The notes under the pieces: model-generated
The model's database searches: none
Seen by the model: the letters and a program-made list of their open reading frames with translations, nothing else
Told to the model about the DNA's origin: nothing
Shown: piece by piece, positions 9,089 through 19,068 of the stretch
Layout of the letters: each line of letters starts with the position of its first letter
Position numbering within the stretch: position 1 is the stretch's first letter
Position numbers and translations under genes: made by a program
Assembly: GCA_002422425.1 (NCBI GenBank)
Contig: DIVG01000005.1
Span: 10,334 to 74,333, forward strand
Source of the DNA: Akkermansiaceae bacterium UBA6138
Lineage (GTDB): Bacteria; Verrucomicrobiota; Verrucomicrobiia; Verrucomicrobiales; DEV007
Reading direction: 5' to 3'
DNA: 64,000 nt

Positions 9089-10465
9089 TTACGTGAGAAT
9101 GTCACGGGCCACTTTGCCATAGACGTCGGTGAGGCGGAAGTCGCGTCCGGCGTGACGGTAGGTGAGACGCTCGTGGTCGATGCCGAGGAGGTGGAGGATG
9201 GTGGCGTGGAGGTCATGCACGTGCATGCGTTTTTCCTCTGCCTTGAATCCGAACTCATCGGTCGTGCCGTGGGCGTAGCCTCCGCGGACGCCGCCGCCGG
9301 CCATCCACATGGTGAAGCCGTGCGGATTGTGGTCGCGGCCGTTATTGTTTTCGGAAACGGGAGTGCGGCCGAATTCGCCACCCCAGATGACGAGCGTCTC
9401 ATCGAGGAGACCGCGCTGCTTCAGGTCTTCGAGGAGTGCGGCGACGGGGCGGTCGATGTCTCCGGCGAGCTTGCGGGTCTGCTCGTCGTGTTTGCTGTGG
9501 GTGTCCCAGGGCTGGCCGTTACCGTAGTAGACCTGGACAAAACGGACACCTCTCTCGGAGAGGCGACGGGCGAGGAGGCATCCGTTGGAAAAATGACTGC
9601 TGCCGTAGGCATCGCGGACGCTGGCGGGCTCGCGCGAAATGTCGAAGGCGTCGGTCGCTTCGAACTGCATGCGGTAGGCGGTCTCCATTGCCGCGATGCG
9701 TCCACTGAGGGCGGCGTCATGACCGCCGCGAGCGGCGAGGTGTTCGCCATTCAGCCGCGCGGCGAGATCGAGTTGACGCCGTTGGGTCTCCGGCTTGAGT
9801 TCGGGATTGCTGAGCCAGGGAATCATTTTCCCCGGATCGATTGTTGAGTGATTGATGTAGACCCCCTGATGTTCGGCGGGGAGAAAGGCGCTGTTCCAGA
9901 GGATGGAAAATCGCACGGGACGACCCGGACAGAGGACCATGTAGGTGGGGAGATTCCGGTTCTCGGATCCGAGACCGTAGGACATCCAGGCTCCCATGCT
10001 GGGAACTTTGGGAGTCATCGTCCCGTTGTTCATGAGGAGGAGGGCCGGCCCGTGATTGGGGTTGTCGGTGTAACAGGAACGCAGGATGCAGAGTTCGTCG
10101 GCGTGTTTGGCAGTGAGCGGGAGGAGCTCGCTCACAGGCAGGCCGCTCGTGCCATGGTTGCTGTAGGCATAGGGCACGGCCATGAGACCGCCGGTGGGAC
10201 GCTCGGTGCGGAGGTCGGCTCCTTCGGGGCGCTGTCCCTGGTATTTTGTCAGGGCGGGTTTGGGATCGAAAAAGTCGGGACCGAAGGGGCCGCCGTTCAT
10301 GAAGAGGTGGATGACGCGTTTCACCTTCGGGGGAAAGTGGGATCCGCCGGGAAGGTCGCCCGCCGCCTCGAGGGCTGTGGCGAGGCCGAGACTGCCGAGG
10401 CCTCCGCCGAGTTTCCGGAGGGCTCTGCGGCGGTCGATGAGATCGGGATTGAAAAACGGGTTCAC
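9089..10465 (-). CDS. DUF1501 family protein (Tat-exported, alkaline-phosphatase/sulfatase-like fold)
   Basis: DRRRAL Tat motif, VIHLFMNGGP, NGCLLARRLSERGVRFVQ, WDTH, WGGEFGRTP, GRDHNPHGFTMWMAGGGV. Confidence 0.93.
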   Translation of the reverse strand: MNPFFNPDLIDRRRALRKLGGGLGSLGLATALEAAGDLPGGSHFPPKVKRVIHLFMNGGPFGPDFFDPKPALTKYQGQRPEGADLRTERPTGGLMAVPYAYSNHGTSGLPVSELLPLTAKHADELCILRSCYTDNPNHGPALLLMNNGTMTPKVPSMGAWMSYGLGSENRNLPTYMVLCPGRPVRFSILWNSAFLPAEHQGVYINHSTIDPGKMIPWLSNPELKPETQRRQLDLAARLNGEHLAARGGHDAALSGRIAAMETAYRMQFEATDAFDISREPASVRDAYGSSHFSNGCLLARRLSERGVRFVQVYYGNGQPWDTHSKHDEQTRKLAGDIDRPVAALLEDLKQRGLLDETLVIWGGEFGRTPVSENNNGRDHNPHGFTMWMAGGGVRGGYAHGTTDEFGFKAEEKRMHVHDLHATILHLLGIDHERLTYRHAGRDFRLTDVYGKVARDILT

Positions 10466-10468
10466 GTC

Positions 10469-12445
10469 CTAGTCGAGGTAGAGGAATTCATTGCCCGTGA
10501 GGAGCACCTGGAGGTAGCGCTCCCACGGTTCGCCTTCGGCGAGAAATTCGAGACCGAGCGCTTCTTCTCCCGGTGCGGGAGCCCGCTGGAAAAGTCCCGC
10601 ATAGGCGAGTGCGATGCGTTCCCGGTCGTCGCGGCCGGTGCCGGCGAGTTGGGCACCGAGCGATTTCGCCCTTTCCAGGACAAAGGGGCCGTTGAGGGAA
10701 AAGAGGAGTTGCAGAGGAGTCGAGGTTTCGGTGCGCTCCGAGCTGTGGGTGATGGGATCGGGGAAATCGTTGACACTCAGCATGGCGCTGAGTTCGCGGC
10801 GCTGAACGCTGCCGTAGAGGGTGCGACGGGTCATGGCGACGTCGTCGAGACTGGAGGGCTCTCCGCCCGCGGTCAGATCCAGTTCGCCGGTGGCGGAGAG
10901 CATGGCATCGCGCCAAGCTTCGACATCGAGCCGTCGGCGGGTCATGCGGGAGTAGAGCTCGTTGAGGGGATCGCGCGCCTCGACTTCGCGCGCGACGAGG
11001 GAGGATTGCTGCCAGGTGGCGGAACCGAGGATCTCGCGGTGGAGCCACTTGATCGACCACCCGTTTGCGATGAAGCGGGCGGCGAGGTCATCGAGGAGCG
11101 CAGGGTGGGTGGGGGCTTCTCCGGCGGGGCCGAGCTCGCTCGGGGTGCCGACGAGTCCGCGACCGAAATGATGCTGCCAGACGCGATTGACGATGACGCG
11201 GGCCGAGAGCGGAGCGGCTTCTTCGACAAGGGCACGGGCGAGATCGAGGCGGCCGCTCCCGGCTGAGAGGGAACGGGGATTGCCTTCTTTTAAGGGAAAA
11301 GCCGAGAGAAAACGTCGCGGGACGAGGTCGCCCGCGTCGTTGGGATTACCGCGTCGATGGAGGGGGAGATCCTGCGCCATGCCTTCGACATAGTCGAGGA
11401 TGGTGCCGTGTTTCCCATCGTCCTTCGGCTTCACGAGGAGGGCGGCATCGACGAGACCGTTGGCGCTGGCGAGGTGGTAGTGGGGTGTCTTTGACTTGAT
11501 GTCGACGATCTGAGTTTCGATGGCGGCGAGTTGATCCTTGAGATCATCGGGCACCGGTTTTTTCTTTTTCAGTGCATCGCGCTTCGCCTCAAGGTCCGCC
11601 ACCCGGGCGCGGGCGGCGGCCACTGGTTTCCAGAGTTCGTCCGGGACGACGGGCCTGTCGGAGATCCTGACACTGGCAAAAACTCCGGCGATGGCGTAGT
11701 AGTCTGCGGCCGTAACGGGATCGGACTTGTGATCGTGGCAGCGCGCACAGCCGAGGGTGAGTCCGAGAAAAGTGCGTCCGACAGTGTCGACCCGCTCTTC
11801 CCACTCCTCGGCGACGGTGACGCTGATGATCTCGGGCGGGAGTTGCAGCTCTTTCCAATAGCTCGGGCTGAGTCCGATAAAACCGAGCGCGGCGTTGTCC
11901 TGCGGGAGTGAGTCGGGAAGGAGATCGTTGGCGAGTTGTTTGATGACAAACTGGTCGTAGGGCAGATCGGCGTTGAAGGCGGTGACGACCCAGTCGCGGT
12001 AGAGAAAGGGCGGGCTTTTCGATTCGGACCACGACTCGGGCACGTCGGTGTAGCGGGCGAGATCGAGCCAGTGCCGTCCCCAGCGCTCACCGTAGCGGGG
12101 TGAGGCGAGGAGCCTGTCGATCGTCGCGGCGAGGTTGGAGCGGTCGAAGTTTTCGACCTCTTCGGCAGTGGGGGGCAGACCGGTGAGATCAAAAAAGAGC
12201 CGTCGCAGCAGAACTCTGTCATCGGCCGGAGCGGCGGGATGGAGACCGGCTTTTTCCATTCCGGCGAGAATAAAACGGTCGATTCGACTTTGAGGCCAGG
12301 CCGTTTCACTGACGGCGGGGAGGGGTTGCTCCGCCAGTGCCTGAAAGGACCAGGGGAGGTTGTCAGGCTTTTCACCGGCATCAAGTCCGCACACGGTCAC
12401 GAGCGCGAGTCCGGCGGCGGCGCGGAGACGTGTGCTTGCGGGCAT
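10469..12445 (-). CDS. DUF1549-DUF1553 (PSCyt2/PSD1) protein without N-terminal cytochrome domain
   Basis: LLRRLFFDLTGLPPT, YGERWGRHWLDLARY, CARCHDH heme motif, RVIVNRVWQHHFGRGLV, PTHPALLD, RRLDVEAWRD; start 12445 preferred (signal-like), ORF open to 12490. Confidence 0.9.
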   Translation of the reverse strand: MPASTRLRAAAGLALVTVCGLDAGEKPDNLPWSFQALAEQPLPAVSETAWPQSRIDRFILAGMEKAGLHPAAPADDRVLLRRLFFDLTGLPPTAEEVENFDRSNLAATIDRLLASPRYGERWGRHWLDLARYTDVPESWSESKSPPFLYRDWVVTAFNADLPYDQFVIKQLANDLLPDSLPQDNAALGFIGLSPSYWKELQLPPEIISVTVAEEWEERVDTVGRTFLGLTLGCARCHDHKSDPVTAADYYAIAGVFASVRISDRPVVPDELWKPVAAARARVADLEAKRDALKKKKPVPDDLKDQLAAIETQIVDIKSKTPHYHLASANGLVDAALLVKPKDDGKHGTILDYVEGMAQDLPLHRRGNPNDAGDLVPRRFLSAFPLKEGNPRSLSAGSGRLDLARALVEEAAPLSARVIVNRVWQHHFGRGLVGTPSELGPAGEAPTHPALLDDLAARFIANGWSIKWLHREILGSATWQQSSLVAREVEARDPLNELYSRMTRRRLDVEAWRDAMLSATGELDLTAGGEPSSLDDVAMTRRTLYGSVQRRELSAMLSVNDFPDPITHSSERTETSTPLQLLFSLNGPFVLERAKSLGAQLAGTGRDDRERIALAYAGLFQRAPAPGEEALGLEFLAEGEPWERYLQVLLTGNEFLYLD

Positions 12446-12529
12446 GCGGAAGACATTCACCATCACGACATAGTGAGTCCTCGGCGGCAAAGGGCCAAGA
12501 GACGTGGTTGCGTCTTCCGGCGGATGCCG

Positions 12530-13948
12530 CTACACGAGAATCTCTTTCACGACGCGCGATGGATCGACCCCGGTGAGTTTGTAGTCGAGCCCCTGGAAGC
12601 GGTAGCTGAAGCGCTCGTGATCGATCCCGAGGAGGTGCAGCGCGGTGGCGTGGAGGTCGCGGACGTGGACGGGATTCTCGGCCACGTTGTAGCTGAAGTC
12701 ATCGGTCGCTCCGTAGGTGATGCCGGGCTTAACTCCGCCTCCGGCCATCCAGATGGTGAAACACCGGGGATGGTGGTCGCGTCCCGCCTCGGGGCTGTCC
12801 CATTGACCCTGACCGGCGACGCCGCGACCGAATTCTCCGCCCCAGATGACGAGGGTGTCTTCGAGCAGTCCGCGCAGTTTCAGGTCCTTCACGAGTGCGG
12901 CGCTGGGCTGATCGGTGTCGCGACAGCGTGCCGTGCACCAGCTCGGGAGGCGGCTGTGGTGATCCCAGTCGGGATGAAAAAGCTGGATGAATCGCACCCC
13001 GCGTTCAGCGAGGCGACGGGCGAGGATGCAGTTCGCCGCATAGCTGCCGGGGCGGCGCGAGTCGGGTCCGTAGAGCTCGAAGATGGACTCGGGTTCGTCG
13101 CTGAGATCGGTTAATTCCGGAACACTCGTCTGCATGCGAAAGGCCATCTCATACTGCTGGATGCGGGTCGCGATTTCGGGATCGCCGGTCTGTTCGAGTC
13201 GCATCGCGTTAAGATTGCCGATGCCGTCGAGCATGCCGCGACGGAGCTCGCGGGGGAGACCTTCGGGATCGCGGAGGTAGAGGACGGGGTCCTTGGCGTT
13301 GCGCAGTTTCACCCCCTGGTAGCGCGAAGGGAGAAAGCCGCTGCCCCAGTAATGATCGTAGAGCGGCTGGTCGCTCGGTCGTTTCATCTTCGAAATGAGA
13401 ACGAGGTAGTCGGGCAGATTGTGATTCGCGCTGCCGAGCCCGTAGCTCGCCCAGGCACCGAAGCTGGGGCGTCCCGCGAGCTGGTGGCCGGTGAGGAATT
13501 TCGTCATCGCCGGCGCGTGATTGATCTGGTCGGTGACCATGGATTTCACGAAGCAGAGTTCATCCGCGACGGAACCCGTGTGCGGGAGCCATTCGCTCAC
13601 GGTCGCGCCGCTGTCACCGTGTCGGGAAAACTCGGTGATGCCCGGGAGGATGAGTTGCTTCTGGTTCGACGTCATTGTCGTGAGCCGCTGCCCCTGACGG
13701 ATGCTGTCGGGCAGCTCCGTCCCAGCCCATTGCCGGAGCCCCGGCTTGTGATCAAAGAGCTCGAGTTGCGACGGGCCGCCTGACTGGGTCAGGAAAATGA
13801 CCCGTTTCGCCTTTGGCGCAAAGCTCGGGAAGTCGATGCTTCCGAGGGCATTGGCGGCAGCGTGGGAGGTCTCGCGATTGAGGAGGCCACCGAGAGCGAT
13901 GGCCCCGAGGTTCAGGCCGGTTTGATTGAGGAAATGGCGACGGTGCAT
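12530..13948 (-). CDS. DUF1501 family protein (Tat-exported)
   Basis: MHRRHFL Tat motif, GGPSQLELFDHKP, NCILARRLAERGVRFIQ, WDHH, WGGEFGR, GRDHHPRCF. Confidence 0.93.
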   Translation of the reverse strand: MHRRHFLNQTGLNLGAIALGGLLNRETSHAAANALGSIDFPSFAPKAKRVIFLTQSGGPSQLELFDHKPGLRQWAGTELPDSIRQGQRLTTMTSNQKQLILPGITEFSRHGDSGATVSEWLPHTGSVADELCFVKSMVTDQINHAPAMTKFLTGHQLAGRPSFGAWASYGLGSANHNLPDYLVLISKMKRPSDQPLYDHYWGSGFLPSRYQGVKLRNAKDPVLYLRDPEGLPRELRRGMLDGIGNLNAMRLEQTGDPEIATRIQQYEMAFRMQTSVPELTDLSDEPESIFELYGPDSRRPGSYAANCILARRLAERGVRFIQLFHPDWDHHSRLPSWCTARCRDTDQPSAALVKDLKLRGLLEDTLVIWGGEFGRGVAGQGQWDSPEAGRDHHPRCFTIWMAGGGVKPGITYGATDDFSYNVAENPVHVRDLHATALHLLGIDHERFSYRFQGLDYKLTGVDPSRVVKEILV

Positions 13949-14017
13949 GGCAAGTGGCGAGATAAAAAGTGGAAGAGGATCGGTCTTGCTAAAAGGGGCA
14001 TGCTGGAGGTATGTTAG

Positions 14018-14165
14018 GTAGCATGGGCATCCTGCCTATGCATCGTGAAATGGCGAGCGGTTGAGTTGTGAGAAACACTTCTCTTAGGCGGCGAGCATGA
14101 ACGGTGGTTTGGGAATAGGTTTTCCGCGTCTCCAGGCCGATGCATGGGCAGGCTGCCCATGCTAC
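14018..14165. repeat. REPIN: inverted pair of GTAG-type REP elements (class A)
   Basis: GTAGCATGGGCATCCTGCCTATGC (14018-14041) and GCATGGGCAGGCTGCCCATGCTAC (14142-14165), inverted with 2 mismatches, 100-bp spacer; each is GTAG plus a palindrome. Confidence 0.85.
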
Positions 14166-14187
14166 TTTTCGGAGAAGGGATTTTCCA

Positions 14188-17100
14188 TCACTCATGCGTG
14201 ATCGCTTCGTCGAGGTTGAGCATCATGCTGGCGAGAGTCATCCAGGCGGCGATGGTGGGGGCTTTTTCCTTTCCCGGGGCCGGCTGCTGGCCGACGGTGG
14301 CGAAGCGAACGGCATCGTCGGGATTGGAATCGTAGTAGTCGAGGGCCTTGAGGCGTTCGCGATGGAGGACGTTCCGCTCGGCGGGTTCGAGCTCTCGACT
14401 GAGGACGTAGAGGGCGAGCCGGTTGAGGGCCGCGTCGGGCTGCGGTTCGCGGTTTACCGAATCAGCGAGGACCCGCGAGGCCTCGAGGATGCCGGTGTCG
14501 TTGAGAAGCGTGAGCGCTTGAAGTGGTGTGTTAGTCAGGTTCATGCGCACCTCGCAGACGCGACGCTGGGCGCTGTCGAAGAGGAAGGTGGGCGCACTGG
14601 AGCGGCGCCAGTAGGCGTAGAGTGTCCGGCGATACTGGGCAGGGCCGACACTGGGCTGATAGGTGTAGCGGCCCATAAAAATCTCTTCCCAGACGCCTTC
14701 GGGCTGCCAGGGTTTCACGGGCGGTCCGCCGAGGGCCGGATTGAGCAGGCCGGACGAACGCAGGGCGTTGTCGCGTATCATCCAGGCCGGGAGTCGAAAG
14801 CGCGGGGCGCGGGCGAGGAGCCGATTCGCGGGATCCTGCTCGAGCAACTCGCCGGTGACGTCGCTGCTCTGACGATAGGTTTCGCTCGTGGCGATGAGTC
14901 GCAGCAGGTGGCGGAGATCCCACCCGCTCTCGACCAGTTCCACGGCGAGCCAGTCGAGGAGATCGGGATGAGTGGGGAGTTCCCCCTGCAGGCCGAAGTC
15001 CTCGGTCGACCGCACCAGTCCCTGACCGAACAATAACTGCCACAGGTGATTCACGGTGACGCGGGCGGTGAGAGGGTTCTCCGCATCGACAATCCACTTC
15101 GCGAGGTCGAGGCGGGTGCGGGACTGATCATCGGGACGGGGCAGAATGGCGGGAATGACGCCCGGTTGCACTTCGGCGCCCTTTGCGTCCCATACGCCGC
15201 GCTCGAGGATGTGGGTCTTGCGCGCTTCGGGACGTTCGCCGAGGACCATGACCTTTGTTTTTCCGGCCGCTTTTTTTGTCTCGGCGAGCTGGCGGTTTGC
15301 CTCGTTGAGCTGATTCAGGGTCTTTTGATACTCGTGATCATCGACAAGAAACTGGGCGAGAAGTCGTTTTCTCAGCGCATCGTCGAACTTTCCTTTCTTG
15401 CGAACAGCCTCTTCGAGAGGGGAGGGGTTGACGGATCGGACCGTCTCGCCGGACTCGTCCGTCGCCGAGATGCGGAAGCGTCCGATATTGGCGTCACCGC
15501 CGGTGGAGCGGTGGAAAAGGGCAAAGACCAGCTCTTCGTCCGGGGCGAGGCTGAGGGGCTCTTTCAGCTCAAAGACGGCGGTGTGCGGCTTTTTCGGGTC
15601 ACTCGACTCGGTCGTCCATCCGTTGCGCGGATCGTCGTCGAGGGTGTCTTTGACGAGACCGTAGTTGCGGCCTTTCGCCTCGCGCTGGAAGTCCGCGACG
15701 GCCCCGCGCATGTCGATGTCGCGGACCTGCGACTCGCCTTTCCGTTTCACGAGGACCTTGACGTTGGTGAGGATAAATTCACCGTCCTTGCCGCGGCTGA
15801 GTTTCCCGTCAGTGTGGTCGGGGTGGGGGAACACCTCGAGTCGCCAACCGGTCATGCGCGGCGGGAGTTCGCTTGCGGCGACGGTGAGATGGTAGTCATC
15901 CTGATTCGGATGCGGTCCGCTTGCTTGCACGATGGCGTCTTCGTCGATGCGAAACTCCGTTCCCTCGACGGACTTAACTGAGAGAGGGGTTGCCCCTTTC
16001 CAGGCAGTGTAATCGGCGGGCAGTTTTGTCAGGGTCTCGCCGAGCCAGGTTTCGAAGCGCTTTTCGGCGGCGGCGCGGGCGGCCCCTTCGACGGGCTTGA
16101 TCGATCCGACGTGGGCGGTCATCTCCTCGACGGCACGCGGGGCGAGGGCGGACTGGTAGTCGAGGTAGGGGGTGGCCTTGTTCCCGGCGCTGCCATCCTC
16201 GTTGATGCTGTTAAAAAAGGCGAAGAGCCGGTAGTAGTCTTCGTGGCTGACGGGATCGAACTTGTGGGTGTGGCACTGGGTGCAGCCGAGGGTGAGCCCG
16301 AGCCAGACGGTGCCGGTGGTGTTGACCCGGTCGATGACGTAGTCGATGCGTGACTCTTCGGGATCGCGGCCACCCTCGCCGTTGGTCATGTGATTGCGGT
16401 GAAAGCAGGTCGCGAGGATTTGATCGGGCGTGGCATCGGGAAGAAGATCACCCGCAAACTGCTCGATCGTGAACTGGTCAAAGGGCAGGTTGCGATTAAA
16501 GGCCTCGACGACCCAGTCTCGCCAGGGCCAGTTGGTGCGCTCGGCGTCGCCCTGGAAGCCGTCGGTGTCCGAGTAGCGGGCCGCGTCGAGCCACCACATC
16601 GCGAGGCGTTCGCCGTGGTGAGGTGAGGTGAGGAGCCGGTCGACCTCCTTTTCCCAGGCGTCGGGGGCGGAGCTTTCGGAAAAAGCGCGAACCTCCTCCG
16701 GCGTGGGCGGCAGACCGGTGAGGCCGAAGCTGAGACGGCGCAGTTGCACCTTGGGCGGGGCGGGCGGAGCGGGGTCGAGGCCTTCTTCCCGGAGCCGCTT
16801 ACGGACAAAATAGTCAACAGGGTGGAGTCCGGCATCTGACAGGGTTGGGCGGACCGGTTTTTCAAAGGACCAGTGTTTGCCCCAGGTCGCGCCCTCCTCA
16901 ATCCAGCGGCGCACGATGTCTTTCTCGGACTCGCTGAGGGCTTTGCGATGGGAGTCGGGGGGCGGCATGATTTCGTCCTCGTCATCGGTGATGAGGCGCT
17001 GCCAGAGTTCGCTCGCGTTGAGATCGCCGGCGGCGATGATCTTCAGGCCGTCGCGGTCGCGTTTGGCTTCACCTTCTTCGTCGAGGCGCAGGTCGGCCTT

Positions 17101-17271
17101 TCGATGGCTCGGGTCAGGGCCGTGGCAGTGAAAACAACGATCCGACAGGATGGGAAGGACTTCGCGGCTGAAGCTGACCTTTTCCCGGGCGTTCGCCACG
17201 ACACTGCAAGCCAGTGCGGCAAGGATGGCGGCTTGGGCCAGGGAGGTTCGGTGGGGGAATCCGATCAGCAT
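14188..17271 (-). CDS. PSCyt1-DUF1549-DUF1553 c-type cytochrome-domain protein
   Basis: FSREVLPILSDRCFHCHG (CxxCH), LRRLSFGLTGLPPT, WLDAARYSDTDG, CTQCHTH, NPLTARVTVNHLWQ, RFRLPAWMIRD, TPLQALTLLND; start 17271 chosen because the longer ORF overlaps the divergent regulator. Confidence 0.92.
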   Translation of the reverse strand: MLIGFPHRTSLAQAAILAALACSVVANAREKVSFSREVLPILSDRCFHCHGPDPSHRKADLRLDEEGEAKRDRDGLKIIAAGDLNASELWQRLITDDEDEIMPPPDSHRKALSESEKDIVRRWIEEGATWGKHWSFEKPVRPTLSDAGLHPVDYFVRKRLREEGLDPAPPAPPKVQLRRLSFGLTGLPPTPEEVRAFSESSAPDAWEKEVDRLLTSPHHGERLAMWWLDAARYSDTDGFQGDAERTNWPWRDWVVEAFNRNLPFDQFTIEQFAGDLLPDATPDQILATCFHRNHMTNGEGGRDPEESRIDYVIDRVNTTGTVWLGLTLGCTQCHTHKFDPVSHEDYYRLFAFFNSINEDGSAGNKATPYLDYQSALAPRAVEEMTAHVGSIKPVEGAARAAAEKRFETWLGETLTKLPADYTAWKGATPLSVKSVEGTEFRIDEDAIVQASGPHPNQDDYHLTVAASELPPRMTGWRLEVFPHPDHTDGKLSRGKDGEFILTNVKVLVKRKGESQVRDIDMRGAVADFQREAKGRNYGLVKDTLDDDPRNGWTTESSDPKKPHTAVFELKEPLSLAPDEELVFALFHRSTGGDANIGRFRISATDESGETVRSVNPSPLEEAVRKKGKFDDALRKRLLAQFLVDDHEYQKTLNQLNEANRQLAETKKAAGKTKVMVLGERPEARKTHILERGVWDAKGAEVQPGVIPAILPRPDDQSRTRLDLAKWIVDAENPLTARVTVNHLWQLLFGQGLVRSTEDFGLQGELPTHPDLLDWLAVELVESGWDLRHLLRLIATSETYRQSSDVTGELLEQDPANRLLARAPRFRLPAWMIRDNALRSSGLLNPALGGPPVKPWQPEGVWEEIFMGRYTYQPSVGPAQYRRTLYAYWRRSSAPTFLFDSAQRRVCEVRMNLTNTPLQALTLLNDTGILEASRVLADSVNREPQPDAALNRLALYVLSRELEPAERNVLHRERLKALDYYDSNPDDAVRFATVGQQPAPGKEKAPTIAAWMTLASMMLNLDEAITHE

Positions 17272-17340
17272 GGGAAAAGATGCCACGATGAGTCTGAATC
17301 GTCTTGTAGCGCACTCCGGTAAGTTTGGTATGTTTTGCCC

Positions 17341-18102
17341 ATGCCCGCGCCGGATAAGCGACTTCATTTTTACCGGCCTTTCTTCGAAAAGCGCCCCGCT
17401 GCGGCGGCGTTGATCGAGTTGTTCGACTATCTCCCCGGCGTGATCTTTTACGCGAAGGACCGCGAGAGTCGCTACATCGCGGCGAATCGCGCGATGCTCG
17501 TGGCAAAGGAAATCGAGGATCCCGGCGATCTTCTCGGTCGATCGGATCGCGACTTTCATCCGGCGGTGATGGCCGATGCCTATATTGCGGAGGACAGGCG
17601 GGTTATGGAAAAGGGTCGGTCGCTCACAAATCAGATCTGGTTCGTGGTGGACCGATCCGGTCGTCCGGGCTGGTTCAATTCAAGCAAGGTGCCTCTGCGC
17701 GACGAGGCGGGCGGGGTCATCGGGATCGCGGGCGTTCGTTATGCGATCGAGACGCCGGAGGATCGGGAAAAGCAGTTCCGCGGCCTCGCGCCCGTCATTC
17801 GTTATCTTGAGGAAAACTATACCTCGTCCGTTCCCATGAGTGAAATGGCGCGGCTTGCAGGAATTTCATCAACCCATTTCAACCGGCAATTCATCTTTCT
17901 CTTTGGGATGTCGCCGATGCGTTTCCTTCATTCGTTGAGGGTTGAGAAGGCGAGGCAGCTGCTCATTCACGGCGATGCCGCAGTCGGCGAGATCGCCTTG
18001 GAGACGGGGTATCATGACCAGAGTCACTTCACCCGTCATTTTCGACGCCTCACCGGGATGACTCCGGGGCAATTCCGGACCCGGTTTCGCTCGAGGGAGT
18101 AG
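17341..18102 (+). CDS. PAS-domain AraC family transcriptional regulator
   Basis: N-terminal PAS (FYAKDRESRYIAAN...LLGRSDRDF), C-terminal double HTH (IALETGYHDQSHFTRHFRRLTGMTPGQFR); putative extended -10 TGGTATGTT at 17326-17334, 6 nt before ATG 17341. Confidence 0.92.
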   Translation: MPAPDKRLHFYRPFFEKRPAAAALIELFDYLPGVIFYAKDRESRYIAANRAMLVAKEIEDPGDLLGRSDRDFHPAVMADAYIAEDRRVMEKGRSLTNQIWFVVDRSGRPGWFNSSKVPLRDEAGGVIGIAGVRYAIETPEDREKQFRGLAPVIRYLEENYTSSVPMSEMARLAGISSTHFNRQFIFLFGMSPMRFLHSLRVEKARQLLIHGDAAVGEIALETGYHDQSHFTRHFRRLTGMTPGQFRTRFRSRE

Positions 18103-18168
18103 GCTTTTGCCGGAGCGGGGGAGAGGTATTCCTGAGAATGCATGAAAGCAAGGGGGGCGACGGGAAAA

Positions 18169-18945
18169 TCAGGTCGCCGAGGTGAGACGCGCGATGGCCG
18201 GGAAATCGCGGCGCCATTTCAGCAGTTTTTCGCGGTCGATTACGGCTGAAATGACCGTGGCGGAATCATCTGCAGCCGCAAGGATCTCGCCCTGGGGGCC
18301 GACGATGAGGCTCGCGCCCGGGTAGTCGAAGGCGGGGTCGCTGCCGGCGCGATTGACCCCTATGACGTAGGCTTGATTTTCTATCGCGCGGGCGCGCACG
18401 AGGGTTGTCCAGTGATCGACGCGAACCACGGGCCAGTTTGCGATGACGACGATGAGTTCGGCCCCCATCGACGTAGCTGTGCGGAACGGCTCTGGGAAAC
18501 GCAGGTCGTAGCAGATTAAGGGTGCCACTTTCCATTCGCCGATGGGATAGACGACCGGCGACGTTCCGGCAGGGTAGTAATTGCCTTCCGTCGCTCCGAC
18601 AAAGGGATTCATCTTCCGGTAGCGGGCGACCTCCAAGCCGTCGGGGGAGTAGCAGGCGGCTTCGTTTGCGGCGGAGCCGGGTTCATCTCCTTCTCCTGCA
18701 ACGCCGGCAATGACATGACACCGGTGCTTCTTCGCGAATCCGGAAAAGAACTGCGCCGAGTCGCCGTCAGCCGGTTCGGCCACGGCGGCAATGTTCATGG
18801 AAAAACCTGAGGTCGACAGCTCCGGGAAAACGACGAGCGAGTCTGCCCCAATCGGTTCAGTCTCCTGCGCCAGGGCTTCGATTCTCGAAAAGTTTGCGAA
18901 CCGGTCTTCCCAGGCAATATCGGTTTGAAAGGCAAAAACTCTCAT
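18169..18945 (-). CDS. Carbon-nitrogen hydrolase (Nit2/omega-amidase-like)
   Basis: E-K-C triad: VFPELS, YRKMNP, ICYDLRFPE; RARAIENQAYVIGVNRAG. Confidence 0.9.
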   Translation of the reverse strand: MRVFAFQTDIAWEDRFANFSRIEALAQETEPIGADSLVVFPELSTSGFSMNIAAVAEPADGDSAQFFSGFAKKHRCHVIAGVAGEGDEPGSAANEAACYSPDGLEVARYRKMNPFVGATEGNYYPAGTSPVVYPIGEWKVAPLICYDLRFPEPFRTATSMGAELIVVIANWPVVRVDHWTTLVRARAIENQAYVIGVNRAGSDPAFDYPGASLIVGPQGEILAAADDSATVISAVIDREKLLKWRRDFPAIARLTSAT

Positions 18946-19068
18946 TTCCGAAGATGATGCGCAAAAGTCTCCGGGGCTATCGAATTTCCTCAAAATAACT
19001 GTCGGTGGGCGGGCCATCATTATCGGGCCGTTTTTGCGTCACGTTCGTAAACCAGGCAGAGAAACGAA

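Noticed and set aside
17272-17559. Extended N-terminus of the DUF1553 ORF
   Set aside because: Overlaps the divergent AraC gene; a signal peptide fits the 17271 start
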